Origin: an uncultured Actinomycetota bacterium
GTDB lineage: Bacteria; Actinomycetota; Acidimicrobiia; Acidimicrobiales; Bog-793
DNA: 64,000 bases
Direction of reading: 5' to 3'
Assembly: GCA_963735115.1 (NCBI GenBank)
Contig: CAVTJR010000003.1
Span: 1,231,509 to 1,295,508 of the forward strand
Shown here one piece after another: positions 37,136 through 46,044 of this stretch; positions within the stretch are counted from its first letter, which is position 1; every line of letters starts with the position of its first letter. The notes under the pieces are model-generated. The model was given only the letters and a program-made list of their open reading frames with translations. It ran no database searches and had not been told where the DNA came from. Both the position numbers and the translations under genes were made by a program.

Positions 37136-39123
37136 GCCGGTGCCTCTCGTGTCGGTTCTGCCGCCTCGGCGACGGCACGCGCAAGGAAGTCCCCGAGCGG
37201 TACATCGCGTTCGGGTGGCGCATCGCCGCGGCCGTTCACGCCCACCGTGCCGGCGGCGACGTCGTCGCCGCCGACGACGAGCACGTAAGGCAGCTTTTCG
37301 AGCTTCGCCCGCCGGACGCGCGTATTGATCGGTTCGTCGGCTGCCTCCGTGTCGACGCGGATGCCTGCCTCCGAGAGCTCTCTTACGACCTCTTCCGCGT
37401 AGGCCTCGTGATCGTTGCGCACCGGCAGGACTCGTACCTGCATGGGGGCCAGCCACATGGGGAACGCCCCGGCGTAGTGCTCGACGAGCACGGCGAAGAA
37501 CCGCTCGACGGAGCCGAAGAGCGCCCGGTGGATCATGATCGGGGTGTGGCGGGCGTTGTCCGCCCCGACGTACTCGAGGGCGAAGCGCTGCGGCTCCTGG
37601 AAGTCGAGCTGGATCGTCGACATCTGCCAGGTGCGTCCGATGGCGTCCCGAGCCTGCACGGAGATCTTGGGGCCGTAGAAGGCTCCACCGCCCTCGTCGA
37701 GGGCGAGCTCGAGGTTCATGCCGACGGCCACGAGGCGGAGCGCCTCGGTCGCCTCCGCCCAGTCATCGTCGGACCCGACGGCCTTGTCCGGCGGCTTCGT
37801 CGACAGCTCCAGGTAGAAGTCGTCGAGACCGAAGTCGCGCAGGAGCTCGAGCACAAAGGTCAACAGGGAGCCGAGCTCGGCGGCCATCTGCTCGCGGGAA
37901 CAGAAGATGTGGGCGTCGTCCTGCGTCATGCCGCGCACGCGGGTGAGGCCGTGGACGACCCCTGACTTCTCGTAGCGGTAGACGCTGCCGAACTCGAACA
38001 GGCGCATCGGCAGCTCGCGGTAGGACCGCTGGCGGCTGCGGTAGATGAGGATGTGGAAGGGGCAGTTCATCGGCTTGAGGTAGTACTGCTGCCCACCGTC
38101 GAGCTCCATCGGCGGGAACATGCCCTCGGCGAACCAGTCGAGATGACCCGAGGTTTCGAACAGCTCCGCCTTGGAGATGTGGGGGCTGTTGACGAAGTCG
38201 TAACCCGCTTCCTCGTGGCGCCGGCGGGAGTAGTCCTCCATGATCTTCCGGATCAGGCCACCTTTCGGGTGGAAGACGGCCAAGCCCGACCCGAGCTCGC
38301 TCGGGAACGAGAAGAGATCGAGCTCCGCCCCGATGCGCCGGTGGTCCCGCCGCTCGGCCTCCTCGAGGCGGTGGAGGTGATCGGCCAGAGCCTTGGCGGA
38401 CTCCCAGGCCGTGCCATAGATCCGCTGCAGCTGCTGGCGGTGCTCGTCACCTCGCCAATAGGCGCCGGCGACGCGCATCAGCTTGAAATGCCCGAGGCGG
38501 TCCGTGGCGATCACGTGCGGTCCTCGGCAGAGGTCGACGAAGGCGTCGCCATTCCGATAGGTAGTGACGACACCGTCTCCCCCGCCGGCTTCGAGGGCGA
38601 TCTCGGGGTCGTCGGCCTGTTGGGCCACACCCTCGATGATCTCTTGCTTGTACGGTTGATCGGCGAACAGCTGGAGGCCTTCTCCGATCGAGTGCTCTTC
38701 GCGCACGAACGGCTGGGCTTCGCCGATGATCTGGCGCATGCGTGCATCGATGGCGTCGAGGTCGCTATCGCTGAAGTGAGCGCCGCCTGGAAGTTCGAAG
38801 TCGTAGTAGAAGCCGTCGGCGATGGAGGGCCCGATGGCAAAACGTGCGCCCGGCCACAGCGACAGGACCGCCTGGGCGAGGACGTGTGCGGTGGAGTGAC
38901 GCAGCACCGCCCGGCCCTCCTCGGTACCGCGGGTGACGACGGACACCTTCGCCCGGTCCGGCAAGGTGCGTCCCAGGTCCCAGAGCGACCCGTCCACCTC
39001 GACGGCGACGGCGTCCTCGGCCAGTCTCCGCCCGATCGAGGCCGCCAGCGTCGCACCAGTCGAGCCTTCCGGCAAGGAGCGTTCGCTCCCGTCGGGCAGG
39101 ATGACGGTGATCTCGGTGGCCAT
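37132..39123 (-). CDS. thrS: threonyl-tRNA synthetase
   Basis: TGS domain ITVILPDGSERSL, editing motif HSTAHVLAQAV, class-II core FGSVYRYEKSGVVHGLTRVRGMTQDDAHIF. 663 aa, intact. Confidence 0.95.
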   Translation of the reverse strand: MATEITVILPDGSERSLPEGSTGATLAASIGRRLAEDAVAVEVDGSLWDLGRTLPDRAKVSVVTRGTEEGRAVLRHSTAHVLAQAVLSLWPGARFAIGPSIADGFYYDFELPGGAHFSDSDLDAIDARMRQIIGEAQPFVREEHSIGEGLQLFADQPYKQEIIEGVAQQADDPEIALEAGGGDGVVTTYRNGDAFVDLCRGPHVIATDRLGHFKLMRVAGAYWRGDEHRQQLQRIYGTAWESAKALADHLHRLEEAERRDHRRIGAELDLFSFPSELGSGLAVFHPKGGLIRKIMEDYSRRRHEEAGYDFVNSPHISKAELFETSGHLDWFAEGMFPPMELDGGQQYYLKPMNCPFHILIYRSRQRSYRELPMRLFEFGSVYRYEKSGVVHGLTRVRGMTQDDAHIFCSREQMAAELGSLLTFVLELLRDFGLDDFYLELSTKPPDKAVGSDDDWAEATEALRLVAVGMNLELALDEGGGAFYGPKISVQARDAIGRTWQMSTIQLDFQEPQRFALEYVGADNARHTPIMIHRALFGSVERFFAVLVEHYAGAFPMWLAPMQVRVLPVRNDHEAYAEEVVRELSEAGIRVDTEAADEPINTRVRRAKLEKLPYVLVVGGDDVAAGTVGVNGRGDAPPERDVPLGDFLARAVAEAAEPTREAPA

Positions 39124-39129
39124 CGAGTC

Positions 39130-39135
39130 AATTTA
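39130..39135 (-). promoter_or_regulatory. candidate -10 hexamer TAAATT positioned for a leaderless thrS mRNA
   Basis: The minus strand reads TAAATT-GACTCG-ATG. There is no SD upstream of the conserved MATEITV start. Confidence 0.3.
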
Positions 39136-39259
39136 GGGCACTGACTTGGCTGGCATACCGGCTGCGCCCGCGGAGAGGGAGAACCGCGTGGGGCTCCCCC
39201 TCTCCTCCTGGGCCAGCGTGCGACGGGTGGCGGGCCTCGTCTGACACGCTTCGCCAGGA

Positions 39260-39292
39260 CAGTGGGCGCCGGGGTGTCGCCCGCGCCCACTG
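39260..39292 (-). terminator. strong hairpin downstream of mshC
   Basis: cagtgggcgc-N13-gcgcccactg forms a perfect 10-bp stem about 120 nt after the mshC stop. A second hairpin lies at 39172-39205. No U-tract. Confidence 0.35.
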
Positions 39293-39409
39293 GTTTCAGT
39301 CAATCACGCCAGCGACCGCGATTGGCGGATTTGGCCCTCCCTTGAGCGGACATGGGATCTGACAACTTCGCCTGTCCAGCTTCCGTGCCGATGGCTGGGT
39401 CGTCGGCGC

Positions 39410-40522
39410 CTACAGCTTCACGCCGAGCAAGGCGGCCGATCCGCTCACACCTTGGCCGGCCGCCGCCGCCTCATCGATGGCCGCTAGCGCCGCCGGCGTA
39501 TCGAGGTCATCGTCGAGATGTGCCCGCACGGCCTCGAGGGCGCCGTCGCCCTCGCCGGAGCGCCGCCAACGCTCGAGGCGCTCGGAGGCGCTCTCGAGGA
39601 GGGCACCGTCGAAGTCCCACGATCTCCGGTAGTGGTGGGCGAGCAGGGCCAAACGGATGGCGGCCGCATCGTGGCTCTCGAGGAGGGTGTGCACGAAGAC
39701 GAGGTTCCCAAGCGACTTCGACATCTTCTCGCCGCCGAGGCGAACCATGCCCACGTGCATCCAGTGCCGAACGAAGGGCTCGCCGGTCGCCGCCTCCGAC
39801 TGGGCAGCCTCGCACTCGTGATGAGGGAACACGAGGTCGTCACCGCCGCCGTGGAGGTCGATCGTGGTCCCGAGCTCCCGCAGCGCCAAGGCGGAGCACT
39901 CGATATGCCAGCCCGGTCGGCCCTTGCCCCAGAGCGAGTCCCAGGCGGGCTCGTCCTCCGCCGACGGCTGCCAGAGCACGAAGTCGAGCGGGTCGTTCTT
40001 GAACGGATCGTCCGGGTTGCCGCCTCTCTCGGCCGCAAGTCGCAGCATCTCGGCGCGGTCGTAGTGGCTCACCTGCCCGAAACGGGGGAAGGAGGAGACG
40101 TCGAAGTAGACGGCCCCACCCGCCCGATAGGCGTGGCCGGCATCGAGCACCATGCCGATGAAGCCGAGAATGTCCGGGATGGCCGATGTGGCCCGCGGCT
40201 CGCTGGCGGCCGGCAGGAGATTGAGCTCCCGCATGTCGTGGTCGAAGCGGGCGATCTCACCGGCGGCGAGGTCAAGGTAGTGCACGCCGAGCTCGCGAGC
40301 CTTGCGGAGGATGTCGTCATCGACGTCGGTGACGTTGCGCACGCACTCGGTGCGATGCCCGAGGTCCCGAAGGCGGCGCTGCAGTACGTCGTAGGTCACG
40401 TACACCATGGCGTGGCCGAGGTGGGCGGCGTCGTAGGGGGTGATGCCGCAGGTGTACATCGTCACGACCGGGCCTGGCTCGAACTCCACCACCGCAGAGC
40501 GGGCCGTGTCGTAGAGGCGCAT
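39410..40522 (-). CDS. mshC: cysteine:GlcN-Ins ligase (mycothiol ligase)
   Basis: CysRS-like MYTCGITPYDAAHLGH, GRPGWHIECSA, KMSKSLGN. It lacks an anticodon-domain extension and ends ..ALLGVKL like MshC. The listed 548-aa ORF is over-extended upstream. Confidence 0.88.
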   Translation of the reverse strand: MRLYDTARSAVVEFEPGPVVTMYTCGITPYDAAHLGHAMVYVTYDVLQRRLRDLGHRTECVRNVTDVDDDILRKARELGVHYLDLAAGEIARFDHDMRELNLLPAASEPRATSAIPDILGFIGMVLDAGHAYRAGGAVYFDVSSFPRFGQVSHYDRAEMLRLAAERGGNPDDPFKNDPLDFVLWQPSAEDEPAWDSLWGKGRPGWHIECSALALRELGTTIDLHGGGDDLVFPHHECEAAQSEAATGEPFVRHWMHVGMVRLGGEKMSKSLGNLVFVHTLLESHDAAAIRLALLAHHYRRSWDFDGALLESASERLERWRRSGEGDGALEAVRAHLDDDLDTPAALAAIDEAAAAGQGVSGSAALLGVKL

Positions 40523-41196
40523 CACCCGGCCGTTTCGCCCGCGGGGTGGAAGCCGGTGAGCTTGATGCTGGCGTGCGCCCGGTGTTTCATGTTGATCCCG
40601 ATGAGCACAGCCGTGAAGGCTTCGATAGCGGCCGCGGCCGAGAGCGAGCCCGCATCCACGCCCCGGCAACCCGGGATGCGGTCGGCCAGCTCGACGGCGG
40701 CGGCGGTCGCCTGCGGGTGGTCCGAGCAGACGAGGACGTCGGCCTCGAGGGACTCGTCGAGGTCGGCCAGGATGCGGGCCGGCAGGTGGTGAAAGGCCCC
40801 GGCGACGAGAGCGCCGGGCGCCGCCTGCTGGACTGCGAGGCTGATGGATCCGCTTGGGGGCACGAGTGCAAGCAGCTCGTCTCCCACCTTGCCGAGTGCA
40901 TTGACCATCGAGATGACGACCTTGCCGTCGAGCTGCGCCGCCAATGAGCGGGCAAGGGGGGCAGCGCCGTCCCAGGGGGTGGCGAGAACGACCAGATCGG
41001 CTACGCAGGCGGTCTCGTTGCCGACACCGGACAGGGGTAGCGGCCGCCCAGCCCACTTCTGTTGAAGTTCGGCGGCGATCCCGGCGGCGCGCTCAGGCTG
41101 GCGAGAGCCGATCCACACCTCGACTCCGACCGATGCGAGCCGGGCGGCAAGCGCCTTTCCGGCGGGGCCCGTGCCCCCGAGGATGCCCACGTTCAT
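40522..41196 (-). CDS. npdG: NADPH-dependent F420 reductase
   Basis: MNVGILGGTGPAGKALAARL Rossmann start. 224 aa. The stop overlaps the mshC start (TGATG). Confidence 0.8.
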   Translation of the reverse strand: MNVGILGGTGPAGKALAARLASVGVEVWIGSRQPERAAGIAAELQQKWAGRPLPLSGVGNETACVADLVVLATPWDGAAPLARSLAAQLDGKVVISMVNALGKVGDELLALVPPSGSISLAVQQAAPGALVAGAFHHLPARILADLDESLEADVLVCSDHPQATAAAVELADRIPGCRGVDAGSLSAAAAIEAFTAVLIGINMKHRAHASIKLTGFHPAGETAG

Positions 41197-41245
41197 GGCC
41201 TCCAACCTTGCACACCGCTCCGGTGCGCGTCGCACGCGAGCGGTC

Positions 41246-42505
41246 TCACTCGGACGGCGTCCTCGTCTCGTGGCCGGCTTCGGGCGTGACATAGGCGGCG
41301 AGTCGTGGCATGAGGCGCCAGACGAGGGCAACGCCGAGGAGGCAACCGAGGCCCCCGGAGACGACCGCCGTCTGCGCACCAGCGAGAGAGGCGACCACGC
41401 CCGTCTCGACGTCGCCGAGGCGCGGTCCTCCCGTCACGACGGCGGTGTGGATCGAATTCACCCGGCCCCGCAGGGCGTCCGGAGCCATCGTCTGCATGAT
41501 CGTCCCTCTGAAGACCGCCGAGACGACGTCGGCTGCGCCGGCGAGGGCGAGCAAGGCGAGGGCGGCCGGCAGCCACGGCACGACCCCGAAGACGGCGATG
41601 GCAAGGCCCCAGATGCTGACGGCGATGAGGACGGCGCGGCCTTGCCGCCGCACCGACGTCACCCAACCCGTCAGGGCGGCGCCGAGCAGCGCTCCGGCAC
41701 CTGGGGCGGCGTAGAGCAGACCGACGGTCTGGGCGCCACCCCGGAAGCGGACCAGCCCAAGGGCCGGGAAGACAGCCCGCGGCATCCCGAGGATCATGGC
41801 GTTGAGGTCGATCACAAAGGTCGCCTGCAGGGCTTGGCGACCTCGCAGGAAGGCGACGCCTTCCTTCATCGACCTCCAGCCGAAACGGGTGCCACCCTCG
41901 AGGGGCGGCAGCGGCCGCAGGCTGGCGACGCTCGCAAACGAGACGACGAAGGTGGCCACGTCGGTCACGTAGGCGGAGGACACCCCGATGCGGGCGATGA
42001 GCACGCCGGCCACGGCCGGGCCTACGACCGTGCCGATCTGGAAGAGCAGCTGCCACAGGGCCATGGCCGACGTCAGTTGGCGGCGCTCGACGAGTTGCGC
42101 GATCACGGCCGATCGGGTCGAGGCGTCGGTGGCGGCGAAGCCCGCCCCGGCAGCCGCGAGCGCGTAGAGGGGCCAGAGCTTGGGGTGGGCGAGCGATGCG
42201 TTCCAGAAGAGCCCGACACTGCAGACGGCGAGCAGGCTCTGGCTCACGAGCAGGACGCGCCGGCGATCGAAGGCGTCGGCGACGGAGCCTCCGGCGAGGG
42301 CGCCGAGGAGCACGGGGCCGATCTGAGCGAGGCCAATGAGGCCGACGTCGAGCGAGGAATGCGTCAGCCGGTACACCTGGTAGGGCACAGCCACCACGGT
42401 CACTTGCGAGCCGAGAACGCTGAAGAGGTAGCCGGTCCAGATCCGGCGGAACGGCTGCGATGTCCGCAGCGGCTCGATGTCGACGAGAAGTCGGCGCGCC
42501 GGCAT
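41246..42505 (-). CDS. MFS transporter (EntS-like, 12 TM)
   Basis: FRRIWTGYLFSVLGSQVTVVAVPYQVY.. and GSVADAFDRRRVLL are typical of MFS_3. Confidence 0.88.
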   Translation of the reverse strand: MPARRLLVDIEPLRTSQPFRRIWTGYLFSVLGSQVTVVAVPYQVYRLTHSSLDVGLIGLAQIGPVLLGALAGGSVADAFDRRRVLLVSQSLLAVCSVGLFWNASLAHPKLWPLYALAAAGAGFAATDASTRSAVIAQLVERRQLTSAMALWQLLFQIGTVVGPAVAGVLIARIGVSSAYVTDVATFVVSFASVASLRPLPPLEGGTRFGWRSMKEGVAFLRGRQALQATFVIDLNAMILGMPRAVFPALGLVRFRGGAQTVGLLYAAPGAGALLGAALTGWVTSVRRQGRAVLIAVSIWGLAIAVFGVVPWLPAALALLALAGAADVVSAVFRGTIMQTMAPDALRGRVNSIHTAVVTGGPRLGDVETGVVASLAGAQTAVVSGGLGCLLGVALVWRLMPRLAAYVTPEAGHETRTPSE

Positions 42506-42630
42506 CGGCGTGCAACCTATCCACCGGCACGGCGCCGCCTGGCCGTGCCGGTGAAGGCGGACGGGCCTCGGGCAGCGTCGGGTCGTGCCCGAGGACGATT
42601 GCGACCGTCAGCCGCGGTTGCCGGTTCCCG

Positions 42631-43827
42631 TTAGCGCACCTCGAGTTGCCGAGCGAGGAACGCCGCCACGGATCGAGTGACCGGAAGGGCTACGACCGGT
42701 CCTTTGGCGATGACCGCCGTTCCGAGGTCGGCCCCCTGGGCGATGACTTCAATCGCCTCGTGGCCGTTCTCGGCCTGCATCATGTCGGCGACGCTTGAGA
42801 TGGCGGAGGGGTCGACGTCGATGACGACGTCGACGATGGATCCCGCATTCGTGGTGGCCGCCGGCGCCGGCTGGGCGGCGGTGACCGAAAGATGGGTGAT
42901 GTTCCCACTCCAGAGCGTTGCAAACGCAGGCCCGACGTTCACGCAGGCCGTCGTCGCTCCCGTCCTGACGGCGGCGATGACGGCGGATCTGGCGGCGGGC
43001 GGGTTCGCGAAGAACAGCACCCCGTTGACGTTCTCGAGGTGCCGGGCAACCTTCTCGGCGCATGAAGCCGGGCCGGTCTCCGCCCGCAACTGCAGCTCGA
43101 GGGAGCCGACCGCCGCCCCCGCGATGGGCCTACCGCGAGGCAGCGTCGTCGTCGACGGACCGCCGTTCACAGTCGGCCCCGTCGTTGCTGGACGAGCGGT
43201 GATCCTCGATCTCGTCGTCGGAGCCACCCCGGCGCTCGGCCTCGACGTGTGATTCGAGCGCAACACGGCGGCGAGACCGCCGCCGAGGGCGCCGAGCAGC
43301 AGGACTGCGACGGCCGCCCGGGCGGCGAAGCCGCCGTGACGCCGGCGAGCTCCCGCATGCTGCCTGCCCGTACGACCGCCGGGTGGCCGCGGCATGGTGC
43401 GGGCGCCCGGCGCAGCCGCAATCGGCACACGACCTCGCGGGGACGGCTCCTCGGTGAGTGACTCCGGTTCGGCCGCCACGGCCCCCGTGGGTGGCCAGAC
43501 CGCCGGCGTCAGCGGCGTCGCCTCGGAGCCGGCCGAGTCGCGGGCGGCTTGCGCGACCAAGGAGAGCGACGTCACGAACAGGGCGGCTACGACGGCCCGA
43601 TCACTCGCCCCCGGCGGAGGCGCCGGGTCACCGGCGCCGGCGACCGCCTGTTGGGCCCACGTCAACCGCTCCAGCTCATGGCGGCATCCAAAGCATGTCT
43701 CGAGATGTGCGGTCGTCAGGGCCACCTGCCGCGCCGCCAGCTCCCGGTCGAGGAGGGCCGACATCTCGACGACACTCGGATGATCGGCGGTTGCGGGGCC
43801 TTGGGGTGGCGGGGCGTGATCGGTCAT
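42631..43827 (-). CDS. anti-sigma factor (zf-HC2) with one TM segment and an uncharacterised extracytoplasmic domain
   Basis: HLETCFGCRHELERL zinc-finger motif and TM AAVAVLLLGALGGGLAAVL. ATGA overlap with the sigma gene stop. Confidence 0.75.
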   Translation of the reverse strand: MTDHAPPPQGPATADHPSVVEMSALLDRELAARQVALTTAHLETCFGCRHELERLTWAQQAVAGAGDPAPPPGASDRAVVAALFVTSLSLVAQAARDSAGSEATPLTPAVWPPTGAVAAEPESLTEEPSPRGRVPIAAAPGARTMPRPPGGRTGRQHAGARRRHGGFAARAAVAVLLLGALGGGLAAVLRSNHTSRPSAGVAPTTRSRITARPATTGPTVNGGPSTTTLPRGRPIAGAAVGSLELQLRAETGPASCAEKVARHLENVNGVLFFANPPAARSAVIAAVRTGATTACVNVGPAFATLWSGNITHLSVTAAQPAPAATTNAGSIVDVVIDVDPSAISSVADMMQAENGHEAIEVIAQGADLGTAVIAKGPVVALPVTRSVAAFLARQLEVR

Positions 43828-44603
43828 AGTCGCGGTCCAGGAGATTTGACGCTGCCAGGTGCCTCAGAGTTCCCCAGCCGGAGGGTGCCGCGGGCGCTCG
43901 CAGCCTCGGGAGCCCCGCCGGGCGGTGCTGGAGGGCGCTCGGAATTCGCGCTCTCGCCCCTCGTGGGCGGTGCCGAGGCAGCTCGCTCGCTCGAGAGCAC
44001 GTCTGCCAGTGCGGCTCGGCCGCGGGCGAGCCGGGATCGGACCGTACCGATCGGCACGAGCAGCACGTCGGCTATCTCGGCGTACTCGAAATCCAGCATG
44101 TCCCGCAGCACGACGGCTGTGCGGTGTTCGGCCGAGAGCCGACCGAGTGCCTGGTCCAGCGTCATGCGGGCGGTGACGGCATCGCCCACCTCGTCGCTGT
44201 CGACAGGCCCGCCATGGTAGAGGCTCTCTTCGCCGGCATCGCTGGACAGGTCGCCCCATTGGTCGCCCGCTGGGCGACGACGTCGACGCCTCAGCTCGTC
44301 GAAGGCCGCATTCGTCGTCACGCGGTACACCCACGTGGAGAAGGCACTACGTCCGTCGAAGGCACTGATCCCCCTGGCGATGGCGATCATGGCTTCTTGG
44401 GCGGCATCGAGAGCGTCCTCGTCATCGCCGAGAAGCCGACGGCAGAGGGCATAACAGCGGTCGTAGTGCTGCCGGAGCAGGCTTTCGAGGGCGTCACGGT
44501 TCCCGTCGCGGGCGGCCGCGACAACAGGCGCCTCGGCTGCGGCGGACCCACTGTTCGGCCCATCGGGGGCCCGGTAGGAGGAGATGGTCAGAGCGTAGGA
44601 CAC
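43824..44603 (-). CDS. ECF-type RNA polymerase sigma-70 factor
   Basis: Region 2 DALDAAQEAMIAIARGISAFDGRSAFSTWVYRVTTNAAFDELRRR. Region 4 FEYAEIADVLLVPIGTVRSRLARGRAAL. The start (GTG 44603) is uncertain. Confidence 0.8.
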   Translation of the reverse strand: MSYALTISSYRAPDGPNSGSAAAEAPVVAAARDGNRDALESLLRQHYDRCYALCRRLLGDDEDALDAAQEAMIAIARGISAFDGRSAFSTWVYRVTTNAAFDELRRRRRRPAGDQWGDLSSDAGEESLYHGGPVDSDEVGDAVTARMTLDQALGRLSAEHRTAVVLRDMLDFEYAEIADVLLVPIGTVRSRLARGRAALADVLSSERAASAPPTRGESANSERPPAPPGGAPEAASARGTLRLGNSEAPGSVKSPGPRL

Positions 44604-44643
44604 CCCGTCGTCGGAATCGGGGAGTGCCCAGCCGGCTGGAGGA

Positions 44644-45795
44644 CTAGCGGTAGAACTGCGTTCTGATCTGCCTGCCCATCGCTTTGAAGGCTGCGCTGCG
44701 CTCGGCTCGAAGGCGGGCGTCCGTGCGGGCGGCGAGCCGCTGCTGTTCGCGCTGCAGGCGGCGATAGCTGTCGAGACGGGCGAACTCCAACCTCCCGTCC
44801 TCGATGGCCTCCTTGACAGCGCAGCCGGGCTCGCGGTCGTGGGCACAGTCGTTGAAGCGGCATCCGAGAGCGAGCTCCTCCACATCGCTGAAAGCGTCGG
44901 CGAGGGCGTCCTCGGCATCCCACAGCCCGATCGCCCGCAAACCCGGCGTATCGATCATGAGCGCCCCGTTGGCGAGTTGCACGAGCTCACGGGCGACCGT
45001 CGTGTGCCGGCCTTTGCCGTCGTCGCGAATCTCGGCTGTCGCCAGGCCGGCTTCACCGTTGCTGAGCGCATTGGCCAACGTCGACTTCCCGGCTCCGGAG
45101 GTTCCGATCATCACCGACGTCGTGCGCCGTCCGAGCTCGGCGGCGAGGCCTTCCATCCCCTCGCCCGTGAAGGCGCTCACGGCGTGAACGGCGCACCCGG
45201 GGGCGACGGCGACGGCCGCTGCGTACACCTCGCCGGCCTCCTCACAGCAGTCGGCTTTGCTCAGCACGACGATCGGCACGGCGCCCGTCTGCCAAGCGAT
45301 CACCAACAAGCGCTCCACTCGCCGCGGTCGCCAGGGGTTCGCCAGCGAGGACACAGCCAGCACGGTGTCGACGTTGGCGGCCAACACCTGGGCGGACAGG
45401 TCGCGGAAGGCTGCCCGCCTGATGGCGGTCCGCCGCTCGAGCACGGCGATGATCTCGCCGCCGGCGACCACGACGAAGTCGCCCGTCGTCGGCGCCTCGA
45501 GAGGCGAGGCGAGCAGATGCTGGGCGATGGTGAGCTGACGCACTCCGGCGTCGGTTCCCACGCTGCAGAGGGTGCGGTCGCGCCGCAACACACGGCCGCG
45601 GGAAGCCGGTTCGTGAGCCAGCGGGGCAAGGCTCGCGAGCTCTTCTTGGAAGAGCGCTTCGAAGCCGTCATCCCAGCCGAGCTCCACAAGGTCGGCGGAT
45701 GACGCGCCAGGTCGGGAAACAGACAGTTCGGAGGGCTGCTCGCCCGCCGGCGAAACAGTTGGTTCGATCAAGGGAACGTGGCTCCTCGTACACAA
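44644..45795 (-). CDS. rsgA: ribosome small-subunit-dependent GTPase A
   Basis: VLSKADC, GTSGAGKSTLANAL, DTPGLRA and zinc motif CRFNDCAHDREPGCAV. The start is uncertain (TTG 45795, or TTG 45771 after AGGAGC). Confidence 0.88.
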   Translation of the reverse strand: MCTRSHVPLIEPTVSPAGEQPSELSVSRPGASSADLVELGWDDGFEALFQEELASLAPLAHEPASRGRVLRRDRTLCSVGTDAGVRQLTIAQHLLASPLEAPTTGDFVVVAGGEIIAVLERRTAIRRAAFRDLSAQVLAANVDTVLAVSSLANPWRPRRVERLLVIAWQTGAVPIVVLSKADCCEEAGEVYAAAVAVAPGCAVHAVSAFTGEGMEGLAAELGRRTTSVMIGTSGAGKSTLANALSNGEAGLATAEIRDDGKGRHTTVARELVQLANGALMIDTPGLRAIGLWDAEDALADAFSDVEELALGCRFNDCAHDREPGCAVKEAIEDGRLEFARLDSYRRLQREQQRLAARTDARLRAERSAAFKAMGRQIRTQFYR

Positions 45796-46044
45796 GAGAG
45801 CCCAGGTGCCCCGGTCATCGAGTCGTCGGCGTCATCGTAAAAGACGCCGACGCGGATCCGGATCAGGCGGATCAGACGGGAGAGCACCCGAGCGCTCGGC
45901 CAGCATGGACCGACAATCGGCAGTCAACAGTCATTTCCACGGACCTCCTTTCGCTCGGGCGGTTGCTTTCAGTGTAGCCGTCCGCCGGCTGCGGGACGTG
46001 GTTGCCCGCGCCGCGGATTCGCCTCGAGGCGTTCTTCTCGGGTC

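Noticed and set aside
39124-39409. T-box leader or E. coli-type operator upstream of thrS
   Set aside because: There is no T-box (AGGGTGGNACCGCG-like) sequence or specifier-loop arrangement. The hairpins are better explained as mshC terminators, and the ATG lies directly behind a -10-like hexamer.
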